A program made the position numbers and the translations under genes. Under the pieces are notes generated by a model. It saw only the letters and a list, made by a program, of their open reading frames with translations, ran no database searches and was not told the origin of the DNA. From Vicinamibacterales bacterium (GTDB lineage Bacteria > Acidobacteriota > Vicinamibacteria > Vicinamibacterales > UBA8438), in NCBI GenBank assembly GCA_965207665.1, contig CBDBMV010000002.1, positions 1,945,704 to 2,009,703 of the forward strand: DNA of 64,000 bases, written 5' to 3'. Below are positions 17,646-26,898 of the stretch, piece by piece (the stretch's first letter is position 1; every line of letters starts with the position of its first letter).

Positions 17646-18614
17646 ATGGCCATCCGTCGCCGCGTAGCTGTACTGATAATGATCGGCCTGCTGGCGCCGG
17701 CCGGCACAGCAGCCCAGCTACCCGGCACGCAGCCACCTCGAACGTCCTGGGGAGACCCCGATCTGGGCGGGGTCTGGGACTTTCGCACCATCACGCCGCT
17801 GGAACGGCCGGAAGAGCTGGGCGACCAGGCGTTCCTGACGAAGGAAGAGGTCGCCGCGGCGGAGCAGAAGGCCGTCGACCGCGACCGCTACATGAACGAG
17901 AAGCCGGCGGAGCGCGCCACGAAGGGCGGCAACGTGGGCGCCTACAACTGGTTCTGGATGGACTTCGGGACCGCGGCCGTGGAGTCCGGGCGCACGTCGC
18001 TGATCGTCGATCCGCCCAACGGTCGCCGGCCGCCGATGACCCCCGAGGCCGCGGAAGCGTGGAGCAAGCGCCCGCCATGGGGCCAGGAGCCGCCGCCCGA
18101 CAGCTACACGGACATGAGCGTCTTCGACCGCTGCGTGGGCTCGATGGCGCTGCCGATCTACCCGACGGCGTACAACAACTACGTGCAGGTGTTTCAGACG
18201 CCCGACCACGTGGCGATGTTCGTCGAGATGATGGGCTCGGTCCGCATCATCCCGCTCGACGGGCGCCCGCATGCGAACGTCCCGCAGGCGCTGGGCAACT
18301 CGCGGGGCCGCTGGGAGGGCGACACGCTGGTTGTGGAGACGGAGAACTTCAGCCGCGGGATGGCGCTGATCGGCGCCAGCCGCAACGCGCACAGCCTGGT
18401 GGAGCGCTTCACGCGGGTCGGCCCCGGCAGCATCGAATACGAGTTCACGGTCGTCGATCCGACGGTGTGGACGAAGCCCTGGACCGCCGTGCAGACACTG
18501 CGAACCGCCGCGGGAGCCGTCTACGAGTACGCCTGCCACGAGGGGAACTACGCCCTGCCGAACATCCTGGCGGGCGCCCGCGCCGCCGAGGCGCGGCCCG
18601 CGGCCGGACGCTAG
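17646..18614 (+). CDS. Secreted EYACHEGNY-motif family protein, paralog 5
   Basis: ATG at 17646 lies 5 nt after GGAGG (the track ORF starts at GTG 17613). Signal peptide ...LLAPAGTAAQ. Blocks: [81 protein letters not shown]. The PQQ gene starts 7 nt downstream. Confidence 0.8.
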   Translation: MAIRRRVAVLIMIGLLAPAGTAAQLPGTQPPRTSWGDPDLGGVWDFRTITPLERPEELGDQAFLTKEEVAAAEQKAVDRDRYMNEKPAERATKGGNVGAYNWFWMDFGTAAVESGRTSLIVDPPNGRRPPMTPEAAEAWSKRPPWGQEPPPDSYTDMSVFDRCVGSMALPIYPTAYNNYVQVFQTPDHVAMFVEMMGSVRIIPLDGRPHANVPQALGNSRGRWEGDTLVVETENFSRGMALIGASRNAHSLVERFTRVGPGSIEYEFTVVDPTVWTKPWTAVQTLRTAAGAVYEYACHEGNYALPNILAGARAAEARPAAGR

Positions 18615-18620
18615 ATCCCC

Positions 18621-20735
18621 ATGCCTGCAGCCTGTCCCGACCGCCGGCGCCGCGCTGGTGCAACGCTGGTGCTCGCCGGCTGCCTGCTGACCGCGGCGTT
18701 GTGCGCCGACTCGGCTCTCGCACAGCCGGCGTCCGGCCGCTGGCAGACCTACGGCACCGCGAACGGCGCATGGCGGAGCTACGCCGGCGACATCGCCGGC
18801 ACCAAGTACTCGCCGCTCGCGCAGATCGACGCCGACAACTTCAGCGACCTCAAGATCGCCTGGGAGTGGACCTCGGCCGATCGGATGCTCAGCCGCGCGA
18901 CGCCAGGCGGCGGCGAGTGGCGCGGACCGCTGGAGGCCGTGGTCGAGTCGCTGGTCGCCGACACGCCGAACCTGTACCGCGAGGGGCAGTCGCCGAATCC
19001 CACCCGCTTCCAGGCCACGCCGCTGATGGTGGGGGGCGTCCTCTACTTCAACACGCCGCTGTCGCAGGGCGTGGCGGTCGACGCGGCCACGGGCGAGACG
19101 CTCTGGGTATTCAATCCGAAGAGCTACGAGGAAGGCACCCCGTCGATGAGCGGTCCGTGGACGCAGCGCGGCGTGGCCTACTGGACCGACGGCGCCGGCG
19201 ACGAACGCGTTTTCTGGGGCACCGGGAACGGCTATCTGGTGTGCGTCGAGGCGCAGACCGGCCGGCCCTGTGCCGACTTCGGCCCCGGCGGCAGCGGCAT
19301 GGTTGACGCCATGGTGGGCATCCCGCGTGTCGACCGCGCGGCGCGCGACTACCTCAACGCCATGCTCTACTCGATCAACTCGCCGCCGATCGTCGTGCGC
19401 GACAAGGTGATCCACGGCTCGCAGATCGCCGACGTGAGGGTCACGAAGGAAGCCCCGCCCGGTTGGGTCAGAGCGTGGGACGTGCGGACGGGCGCCCACG
19501 AGTGGGACTTCCACACCGTGCCGAACAGCGCGGACGAGTTCGGCGCCCACACCTGGCTCAATGATTCCTGGCGCTACTCGGGCAACGCCAACGTCTGGTC
19601 GATGCTGGCCGGCGACAACGACCTGGGGTACGTGTACCTGCCGACCGGCACGGTGACCAACGACTACTACGGCGCCGACCGGCCGGGTGACAACCTCTTC
19701 TCCGAGTCGATCATCGCCGTCGACGTCGAGACCGGACAGCGGGTCTGGCATTTCCAGGCCGTCCACCACGGGTTGTGGGACTACGACTTTCCGACGCACC
19801 CCAACCTGCTCGACACGACCGTCGACGGGCGTGACGTGCCGCTGCTCGCGCAGGTCAGCAAGCAGGGGTTCATCTATGTCTTCGACCGCGTGACGGGTGA
19901 GCCCGTGTGGCCGATCGAGGAGCGGCCCGTCCCGCAGGAGACGAACCTGCCCGGCGAGGCGCCGTCGCCGACGCAGCCGTTTCCCACGAAGCCGCCGCCG
20001 TTCGAGTACCAGGGCGTCTCGATCGACGACCTGATCGACTTCACGCCGGAGATCCGGGCGATGGCCGTCGAGGCGGTGCGGGACTTCGAGCTCGGGCCGC
20101 TGTACACGCCGCCGCTGCGCGCGGTGGACGGCGGCGTGCAGGGCACCATCCAGCGACCGGCCATCGACGGCGGGGCCAACTGGGGCGGTGCGGGCGTCGA
20201 CCCCGAGACCGGGCTGCTCTACGTGCCGTCGCAGAACCGCTTCTCGGTATTGACGTTCTACGAGCCGGACCCGGCCGATGGCGCCACCATGGCGATCACG
20301 CAAGGCGCGTTCGGTTCGGGACGGCAGCCGAGGATGCCCCAGGGACTGCCGCTGTTCAAGCCGCCCTACTCACGGATGACGGCGGTGGACCTGAACACCG
20401 GCGAGACGGCCTGGATGCAACCCAACGGCGACGGCGACCGCTACCGCAACCACCCGCTGCTCCGCGACCTCGATCTGCCGCCGCTCGGGGGCGACGGCCG
20501 CGGCGGTCCGCTCGTGACGCGGACGCTGCTGATCAGCGCCCTGTCGGCGGGCGGCGCCGGCGGCGGGCCGCGCCTCGTCGCGCGCGACAAGGCTACCGGT
20601 TCAATCGTCGGGTCGGTCGATCTGCCGAGCGGCGCCATCGGCACGCCGATGACCTACATGGTGGAGGGCCGGCAGCACATCGCCCTCACGGTCGGCGGTG
20701 GCCCGCGGCTGATAGCGCTGGCGCTGCCTGAGTAG
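18621..20735 (+). CDS. Soluble exported PQQ-dependent dehydrogenase (glucose/quinate/shikimate-like propeller), paralog 1
   Basis: Signal-like N-terminus. WRSYAGDIAGTKYSPLAQIDADNFSDLKIAWEW, TPLMVGGVLYFNT, AVDAATGETLWVF, AVDVETGQRVWHFQAVHHGLWDYD, TAVDLNTGETAWM. Very similar to 22223-24337. Confidence 0.8.
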   Translation: MPAACPDRRRRAGATLVLAGCLLTAALCADSALAQPASGRWQTYGTANGAWRSYAGDIAGTKYSPLAQIDADNFSDLKIAWEWTSADRMLSRATPGGGEWRGPLEAVVESLVADTPNLYREGQSPNPTRFQATPLMVGGVLYFNTPLSQGVAVDAATGETLWVFNPKSYEEGTPSMSGPWTQRGVAYWTDGAGDERVFWGTGNGYLVCVEAQTGRPCADFGPGGSGMVDAMVGIPRVDRAARDYLNAMLYSINSPPIVVRDKVIHGSQIADVRVTKEAPPGWVRAWDVRTGAHEWDFHTVPNSADEFGAHTWLNDSWRYSGNANVWSMLAGDNDLGYVYLPTGTVTNDYYGADRPGDNLFSESIIAVDVETGQRVWHFQAVHHGLWDYDFPTHPNLLDTTVDGRDVPLLAQVSKQGFIYVFDRVTGEPVWPIEERPVPQETNLPGEAPSPTQPFPTKPPPFEYQGVSIDDLIDFTPEIRAMAVEAVRDFELGPLYTPPLRAVDGGVQGTIQRPAIDGGANWGGAGVDPETGLLYVPSQNRFSVLTFYEPDPADGATMAITQGAFGSGRQPRMPQGLPLFKPPYSRMTAVDLNTGETAWMQPNGDGDRYRNHPLLRDLDLPPLGGDGRGGPLVTRTLLISALSAGGAGGGPRLVARDKATGSIVGSVDLPSGAIGTPMTYMVEGRQHIALTVGGGPRLIALALPE

Positions 20736-20806
20736 ATGACTCTCGCCGTCGCCGGCTGGGGTCTGTAGCAGATGCAGGCTGGGATGAGCGCCTGACTCGT
20801 TGCCCG

Positions 20807-21754
20807 CTAGCGCCCCTCGAGGAGTAGCGGGACGATCTGCTGGAGCCGGCCGGGGGGCGCCGCGAATTCACCGTAACGGTCGGGCAGCGTGTAGCTCCCG
20901 ACGATCTCCGCCGCGCTGCGGCCGGCCGCTCGTCCCTCGTGTACCTGCCGCACCATGTCGTTGTAGAAGCCGGCGTTGTCGACGAGGTCCTGCCAGATGT
21001 GCGGATCGTCGGCGTGGCCGGTGATGACGGTATCCACGTCGGGGATGCCGTCCGCCGCCCCCTGCAGCGTGGAGCCGAACTCGGTGGCGCTGCCGTTCGA
21101 GTTGGCGGCGTCTATGAACGGCAGACCCTTGCGGGCCATCATGTCGCCCGTATGGACCGTCCGCGCATCCTTGAACACCACCCACGTGTCACCGTCGGTG
21201 TGGCCGCGGCCGAAGTAGTACAGGTCGATCTGGTCGGCACCGCTGAACAGCGTATGTTGCGTCGCGAAGGTCGTATCGGGCAGGAACCTGGTGTTCTCGC
21301 CCTGAAACTGCTCGCAGTTCTTGATGGAGCCGCCCTCGAACCCCGCGCCGTCGTCGCAGTCGGAGCTGGCCATGTGCGCGGCGGTGTTCTCGTGCGTGAC
21401 GATGTTGACGGTGTCAGGGAACTCGGGGTTCGAGCCGCTGTGGTCCCAGTGGGTGTGGGTGTTGATGATGGTGGTCACCGGCATGTCGGTGATTTCCCGG
21501 ACGCTCGCGAGAATGTCCGCGCCGTAGCCCTTGATCTTGGTGTCCACCAGCACGACGCCGTCGGACGTCAGGAAGACCGCGGTGTTGCCGCCGGTGCGCA
21601 TGCCCTGCTCGGCCGGGTCCGACGTGAGCATGTACAGGTTCTCCGCCAGCTCCAGCGGGCGGATGGGGTGGCGCTCCGCCTGTGCCTGGTTGGACGCCGC
21701 CGCCAGCGTCACACCGATCACCGTCACCGCCGCCAGACACGCAACTCGCCTCAT
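20807..21754 (-). CDS. Secreted MBL-fold metallo-hydrolase (paralog B)
   Basis: Signal peptide ...AAASNQAQA. INTHTHWDHSGSN (HxHxDH), GHTDGDT, ITGHAD. Confidence 0.8.
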   Translation of the reverse strand: MRRVACLAAVTVIGVTLAAASNQAQAERHPIRPLELAENLYMLTSDPAEQGMRTGGNTAVFLTSDGVVLVDTKIKGYGADILASVREITDMPVTTIINTHTHWDHSGSNPEFPDTVNIVTHENTAAHMASSDCDDGAGFEGGSIKNCEQFQGENTRFLPDTTFATQHTLFSGADQIDLYYFGRGHTDGDTWVVFKDARTVHTGDMMARKGLPFIDAANSNGSATEFGSTLQGAADGIPDVDTVITGHADDPHIWQDLVDNAGFYNDMVRQVHEGRAAGRSAAEIVGSYTLPDRYGEFAAPPGRLQQIVPLLLEGR

Positions 21755-21877
21755 CGCCGCCTCCTTCAGAACCGGCTGTCACTATACCACCGGCGCCCGC
21801 CGTGCTTGCCCGACCGCCGGTCTGGTGTAAGCTTGGTGTCGAGGTCGGGGCCGGTCCTGCCGGACAGGAGACCTCCA

Positions 21878-22210
21878 ATGACTCCGGAACTCATAGCCAT
21901 CCTCGGTGTCGGTGTCACCTTGGCCGGCATTCTGCTGGCGACTCGCCGTGACATCAACATCCGCCTGGACCGGGTGGAAGCCCGGATCGACCGCCTCGAG
22001 AACAGAATGGACCGGCTGGAAACGAGAATCGACCAGATTGACGGTCGCCTGAAAACCGTTGAGCTGGGCCTTGCGAAGCTGGTAGGGCTGGTGGACCAGA
22101 TTGACGGTCGCCTGAAGACCGTGGAGTTGGGCCAGGCGAAGCTGGAAGGGTTGCTGGAAGGTCTCCGCGAGGCCATCGCCGGCCGCCGGCCTGCCGACAC
22201 TGCCGCCTGA
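21878..22210 (+). CDS. Small N-terminally membrane-anchored coiled-coil protein with an internal 21-aa tandem repeat
   Basis: MTPELIAILGVGVTLAGILLATRR (TM helix), then RLDRVEARIDRLENRMDRLETRI and 2x DQIDGRLKTVELG.AKL.GL. Start chosen inside the 423-aa antisense-extended ORF. Confidence 0.55.
   Translation: MTPELIAILGVGVTLAGILLATRRDINIRLDRVEARIDRLENRMDRLETRIDQIDGRLKTVELGLAKLVGLVDQIDGRLKTVELGQAKLEGLLEGLREAIAGRRPADTAA
22031..22156 (+). repeat. Direct tandem repeat, 2 x 63 bp, inside the coiled-coil CDS
   Basis: Unit 1 (22031-22093), gaccagattgacggtcgcctgaaaaccgttgagctgggccttgcgaagctggtagggctggtg, is followed immediately by a near-identical unit 2 (22094-22156). Confidence 0.9.
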
Positions 22211-22222
22211 CGCTCCCCGTCG

Positions 22223-24337
22223 ATGCGCTTCGGAATGAGATTGTTTTTCGGCTTGTGGCTCGCGGCCGCTGTGGGTACGGGTGTCGCGCTGGCCCAGGAG
22301 TCTCACGGGCCGTGGCAGAGCTACGGCACCGAGAACGGCGAGTGGCGCAGCTACGCGGGCGACATCGCCGGCACCAAGTACTCGCCGCTGGACCAGATCG
22401 ACGCCGGCAACTTCAGCGACCTCGAGATCGCGTGGGAGTGGGTGTCGGTCGACAATTTCGTCAGCCGCACCACGCCCGGCGGCGGCGAGTGGTGGGCCCC
22501 GCTCGACACCATCGTCGAGACGCTCGTCGAGGAGACGCCCAACCTCTACCGCAGCAGCCAGCCGCCGAACCCCTCGCGCCTGCAGGCGACGCCGCTCATG
22601 GTTGACGGCGTGCTGTACTTCAACACGCCGCTCTCGCAGGGCGTGGCGGTCGACGCGGCGACCGGCGAGACGCTCTGGGTGTTCAACCCCAAGGGCTACG
22701 AGGAAGGGACGCCGTCGATGAGCAGTCCCTGGACGCAGCGCGGCGTCGCGTACTGGACGGACGGCGCCGGCGACGAGCGCATCTTCTGGGGCACCGGGAA
22801 CGGCTACATGGTCTGCGTCAAGGCGCGGACCGGCCAGCCCTGCCCCGACTTCGGCCCCGGCGGCAGCGGCATGGTCGACGCCATGGTCGGCATCCCGCGG
22901 GTGGATCGCGAGGCCCGCGACTATCTCAATGCGCTGCTGTACTCGATCAACTCGCCGCCCATCGTCGTGCGCGACCGGGTCATCCACGGCTCGCAGATCG
23001 CCGACCGGCGCATCACGAAGGAGGCGCCTCCCGGCTGGGTCCGCGCCTGGGACGTGCGGACCGGGGAGCACGCGTGGGATTTCCACACCGTTCCCAACAG
23101 CCCGGACGAGTTCGGCGCGCAGACCTGGGGCAACGAGTCGTGGCGCTACTCGGGCAACGCCAACGTGTGGTCCATGCTGGCCGGCGACAACGAGCTCGGC
23201 CACGTGTACCTGCCGACCGGCACCACGACCAACGACTACTACGGGGCCGACCGGCCGGGCGACAACCTCTATTCTGAGTCGATCATCGCGGTCGACGTCG
23301 AGACGGGCGAGCGTGTCTGGCACTTCCAGGCCGTGCACCACGGGTTGTGGGACTACGATTTTCCGACCCATCCCAACCTGGTGGACCTGGAGGTCGACGG
23401 ACGCGCGATCAAGGCGCTGCTGCAGGTCAGCAAGCAGGCGTTCGTCTATGCGTTCGACCGGGTGACCGGCGAGCCGATCTGGCCGATCGAGGAACGCCCG
23501 GTGCCGCAGGAGACGAACATGCCCGGCGAGGTCCCGTCGCCGACGCAGCCGTTCCCGACCAAACCGGCGCCGTTCGACTACCAGGGCGTGACCATCGACG
23601 ACCTGGTCGACTTCACCCCGGAACTCCGGCGGATGGCCATCGAGGTGGTCAGCAACTACAAGATCGGGCCGCTCTTCACCCCGCCCGGCCGCTCGATTGA
23701 AGGCGGCACCCAGGGGACGCTGATGCGCCCGCCCGATTTCGGCGCCGCCGGTTGGGCCGGCGGGGCGGTCGACCCCGAGACCGGGATGCTCTACATCCCG
23801 TCGCGCAACGTCGCCGTCGCCATCCCCCTCTACCAGCCTGATCCGGCCCTCGGCGCCACCATGCTCTACACGCACGGGGCGCCGGAGGAGCAGCGGTTGC
23901 GCCAGATCCGCGAAGGGCAGAGCTACCAGGCGCGGATGCCGCAGGGCCTGCCGCTGCTCAAGCCGCCCTATTCGCGGATTACGGCCATCGACATGAACAC
24001 CGGCAAGCACGCCTGGATGGTGCCCCTCGGCAATGGCGACCGCATCCGCAACCACCCCCGGCTGCGGCACCTGAACCTGCCGCCGCTCGGGGACGGTACC
24101 ATCGGGGGACCGCTGCTGACGAAGACCCTCCTCATCAGCACCGTCCCGACCGCCGGCAGCCAGGGCGGACCGGCCCTCGTCGCCTGGGACAAGCAGACAG
24201 GGGAGATCAAGGGAAGCGTCGATCTTCCAGCGGGCACCGTCGGCACGCCGATGACCTACTCGATCGACGGCCGGCAGCACATCGCGGTCGCCATCGGCGG
24301 CGGACCGCGGTTGATCGCCTTCGCGCTGCCCGAGTGA
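22223..24337 (+). CDS. Soluble exported PQQ-dependent dehydrogenase, paralog 2
   Basis: Signal peptide ...GTGVALAQ. WRSYAGDIAGTKYSPLDQIDAGNFSDLEIAWEW and the same propeller blocks as 18621-20735. Same length (704 aa). Confidence 0.8.
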   Translation: MRFGMRLFFGLWLAAAVGTGVALAQESHGPWQSYGTENGEWRSYAGDIAGTKYSPLDQIDAGNFSDLEIAWEWVSVDNFVSRTTPGGGEWWAPLDTIVETLVEETPNLYRSSQPPNPSRLQATPLMVDGVLYFNTPLSQGVAVDAATGETLWVFNPKGYEEGTPSMSSPWTQRGVAYWTDGAGDERIFWGTGNGYMVCVKARTGQPCPDFGPGGSGMVDAMVGIPRVDREARDYLNALLYSINSPPIVVRDRVIHGSQIADRRITKEAPPGWVRAWDVRTGEHAWDFHTVPNSPDEFGAQTWGNESWRYSGNANVWSMLAGDNELGHVYLPTGTTTNDYYGADRPGDNLYSESIIAVDVETGERVWHFQAVHHGLWDYDFPTHPNLVDLEVDGRAIKALLQVSKQAFVYAFDRVTGEPIWPIEERPVPQETNMPGEVPSPTQPFPTKPAPFDYQGVTIDDLVDFTPELRRMAIEVVSNYKIGPLFTPPGRSIEGGTQGTLMRPPDFGAAGWAGGAVDPETGMLYIPSRNVAVAIPLYQPDPALGATMLYTHGAPEEQRLRQIREGQSYQARMPQGLPLLKPPYSRITAIDMNTGKHAWMVPLGNGDRIRNHPRLRHLNLPPLGDGTIGGPLLTKTLLISTVPTAGSQGGPALVAWDKQTGEIKGSVDLPAGTVGTPMTYSIDGRQHIAVAIGGGPRLIAFALPE

Positions 24338-24370
24338 GATTGCGCTTGCGGGCCCGGACCGCGGCTGGGC

Positions 24371-25249
24371 CTACCGTTCGGTGACGGTGACGGTGACCTC
24401 GCGGGAGGACTTCAGCGCGATGTCGTGGGCCAGCGCCCGCAGCATGTAGGTTCCCGGTTCGCTGAAGGTCGCCGTGGTGGCCAGCTCCCCGTCCGGGCTG
24501 AGCAGGGAAGCGGCCCATTCCGGAACGGGCTCGATGCCCTGGCACAGCGGACTCGCTCCAGCGCGGCGCCGCTGGTCCGGATTGAATTGCGGGGGATCGA
24601 AGGTCACGTACTCGTCGTTGCCCCGGTAGACCAGCCAGCCGGCCATCAGCTTGGTCAGGTGCGTCCGGTCCGGGCGCGGCTCGGGCAGGCCGTCGTCGCT
24701 CACCCGGGCGGTCAGCTCCAACGGTTCGCCTACGGCCACGGTCCGCTCGGCGGGGCCATCGAGCTCCACCACCGGGTACTGGTTGTCGCTCTCGCCGAAG
24801 CGCTGGCCATAGCTGGCCTCGTTCATCATCGTGATCTGCCGGTCGAGGACATACTCGGGTCTGAGCGACGCGTACGCCTTTTCCGTCCGGCCGTGCACGG
24901 TCAGGGTCCACACCAGTTCCCGGTCGCCGAAGTCCGCCGGCACCGGAACCTTGAAGACGAACTCGGCGCGGCGGGGATAGAAGCGGGTCGGCTGGCCGCG
25001 ATCGGGGCCGCCCGGCTCGACGTTGTTGTCGGGACCGACCGGCACATGCACGATTTCCTTGCAGTTCCGGTTGAAGAACCCGAAGACCATGTTGAACGTG
25101 CCGTCCGGGTTGGCTTCCCAGCCCTCGAAGGCCGGCACGACGTTCTGCCCGCGGTCGTGGGCCATCTGCGCCGCAGCCGCGGGCGGGAAGAGCGCAGCGA
25201 GCGCGGCGACGCACGCCGCGGCAACGAGCGTCCGGCGTCCGGAAACCAT
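24371..25249 (-). CDS. Secreted protein of unknown function with an Ig-like C-terminal region; partner of the cytochrome-c/monooxygenase-like gene (cassette copy 1)
   Basis: MVSGRRTLVAAACVAALAALFPPAAAAQ signal. PAFEGWEANPDGTFNMVFGFFNRN, VGPDNNVEPGGPDRGQPTRFYPRR..FVFKVPVPADFG, ELVWTLTVHG. C-terminal PGTYMLRALAHD...VTVTVTER. Paralog of 58209-59114. Confidence 0.65.
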   Translation of the reverse strand: MVSGRRTLVAAACVAALAALFPPAAAAQMAHDRGQNVVPAFEGWEANPDGTFNMVFGFFNRNCKEIVHVPVGPDNNVEPGGPDRGQPTRFYPRRAEFVFKVPVPADFGDRELVWTLTVHGRTEKAYASLRPEYVLDRQITMMNEASYGQRFGESDNQYPVVELDGPAERTVAVGEPLELTARVSDDGLPEPRPDRTHLTKLMAGWLVYRGNDEYVTFDPPQFNPDQRRRAGASPLCQGIEPVPEWAASLLSPDGELATTATFSEPGTYMLRALAHDIALKSSREVTVTVTER

Positions 25250-25290
25250 GTTCACCGGCCGGTAAGTGGGTGGCGGATAGGAAGCAGCCG

Positions 25291-26673
25291 TCAATTCTGA
25301 TTGTCGGTGCTCTGGCTCAGGCGCCTGGCCTCCCGTTCGGCCGCAATCTCGGTGAACTGCTCGTCGGTGAGGAAGGTGAACTTCGCGAGCTGGACGAACA
25401 TGTCGTCGATCGAACGCTCGCCGTGTCCCTTCCAGTTCCGGGGGTCGACCACGTTGCGGTTCTTCGCCGTGTTGTCGTACCAACCAGTCAGGTGGAGCAC
25501 CGTCCCCTTCGGCAGCAGCGGCGCGTAGTCATCCTGGTAGACGTAGACCTTCGCCCAGTTGTGGTCGTAGTCCGCGCAGCTCAGTACCTCACGGCGCGGG
25601 CTCAGCCGGTAGTTGTGCGTGTTCTCGTCCGGAGGATAGATGGCCTCCACGCACATCCGCCGTCCGCTCGCGTGCATGTGGGGCTCGAACGTGTTCAGCA
25701 GCCCGGGCTGCGGCATGATGTAGTAGCCGTCGAGCCGGACCTCGTCCTGGTCCGCCGGAATGTCGAGCGCGTCCCCGATGCCCCCGATCGCGCCGAACTC
25801 CCAACTGCCGTACTTCGGCTCGTACCCCTCGGGATGGAACACGAACCCGATGTCAGCCCGCACGGGCACGATCTCGCCCGACGCGTAGAGGTGCACGGTG
25901 AACCGGAGGTCAGAGTCGGCCGGCAGCACGACGCCGACCTCTTCCGGGTAGGTCGTGGCGTTCTGGCCGATCTCGTGCGTCAGCCGGAACTGTGAGCGCT
26001 CCGTTTCCGATGCGTAGTACTCGTCGCCGGTGTGGATGCCCATGTGGTGGATAGTGAAGCGGCCATAGCCGCTGCCCTCGTTCGCCTTGCGCAGGAGCCG
26101 CTCCTGGGCGCCGGCTTCCATCAGGCGCACCTCCTGCACCTCGACGGCCTTGATGTAGCGATCCGTGGTGAGGCCGGTCGGCACGGGGCCGAACTCGTCG
26201 TGATAGTCGGCCGCCACGGCGGGCACGGTCATGACCGGCGAGGACACGACGAGGTCGGGCTCGCCGATGGTCCACACGCCATCCTCGGGAAACACGAGCG
26301 GCGGGGGGAGATCGGCCGGGTTGCCGCGCGGGGCGCCGTTGTCGGCCCAGGCCGCCAGCATGGCGATCTCCTTGTCGCTCAGCGAAATGTCGTCCTTGTA
26401 GTGCTGGATGCCGATGGTCTTGTCGATGAACCACGGCGGCATCTCGCGCAGGGCGGTCCTGTCCTTGATCGCGCGGGCCCAGGGACGCGTTTCCTCATAC
26501 GTGAGGAGCGACATGGGCGCCACGGACGCCGGGCGATGGCAGTTCTGGCAGGAGCGCTGCAGGATGGGCGCGACGTCCTTCGAGAACGTCACTTCCGTGT
26601 CGCGCTCGGCCGCCGCGTTGGCCGGCATGGCAACCAGTCCGGCTGCTACGAGCAAGGCTCCGACGAACAGCAT
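25291..26673 (-). CDS. Exported cytochrome-c (CxxCH) domain protein fused to a putative copper type-II (PHM/DBH-like) monooxygenase-like region (cassette copy 1)
   Basis: FSKDVAPILQRSCQNCHRPASVAPMSLLTYEETRPWARAIK...MPPWF, then the ordered pattern HH (TIHHMG) ... H (TVHLY) ... HxH (EPHMHASG) ... M (IDDMF) and YDHNW. Start uncertain (ATG 26673 or GTG 26709). The monooxygenase assignment is inference. Confidence 0.6.
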   Translation of the reverse strand: MLFVGALLVAAGLVAMPANAAAERDTEVTFSKDVAPILQRSCQNCHRPASVAPMSLLTYEETRPWARAIKDRTALREMPPWFIDKTIGIQHYKDDISLSDKEIAMLAAWADNGAPRGNPADLPPPLVFPEDGVWTIGEPDLVVSSPVMTVPAVAADYHDEFGPVPTGLTTDRYIKAVEVQEVRLMEAGAQERLLRKANEGSGYGRFTIHHMGIHTGDEYYASETERSQFRLTHEIGQNATTYPEEVGVVLPADSDLRFTVHLYASGEIVPVRADIGFVFHPEGYEPKYGSWEFGAIGGIGDALDIPADQDEVRLDGYYIMPQPGLLNTFEPHMHASGRRMCVEAIYPPDENTHNYRLSPRREVLSCADYDHNWAKVYVYQDDYAPLLPKGTVLHLTGWYDNTAKNRNVVDPRNWKGHGERSIDDMFVQLAKFTFLTDEQFTEIAAEREARRLSQSTDNQN

Positions 26674-26898
26674 CCTCGCGGGACGCGAGATGATCAGTTC
26701 TCTTGCCACGGCTTCAGGCCTTTCTCTTGAGTGTCCCAATTCTAGCGCGATTGCGCCTCCAGTCAAGGCGCAGCTAGGCGCCCGCGTAGACAGGCAATCC
26801 AGCCGCGAATGGTGGTAGCCTACGAGCGGCCCGGAGGCTGCGGACGACCGGCCGCCGGGGGTTTGGGGCGCAGCCCCATGTAACAAAGGAACGTAGGC

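Noticed and set aside
18621-18740. The Arg-rich N-terminus of PQQ paralog 1 (PDRRRRAGATLVLAG) as a Tat signal.
   Set aside because: It lacks the F-L-K part of the consensus, and the paralog at 22223 has an ordinary Sec-type signal. PQQ enzymes normally acquire the cofactor in the periplasm. The sequence alone is not convincing.
20736-20806. Possible bidirectional terminators in the convergent gaps at 257-313, 20736-20806, 24338-24370 and 35476-35487.
   Set aside because: Only short GC-rich dyads are present (for example GCCGC...GCGGC or GGGCCC/CCGCGG palindromes), without flanking T/A tracts. That is not enough to call Rho-independent terminators.
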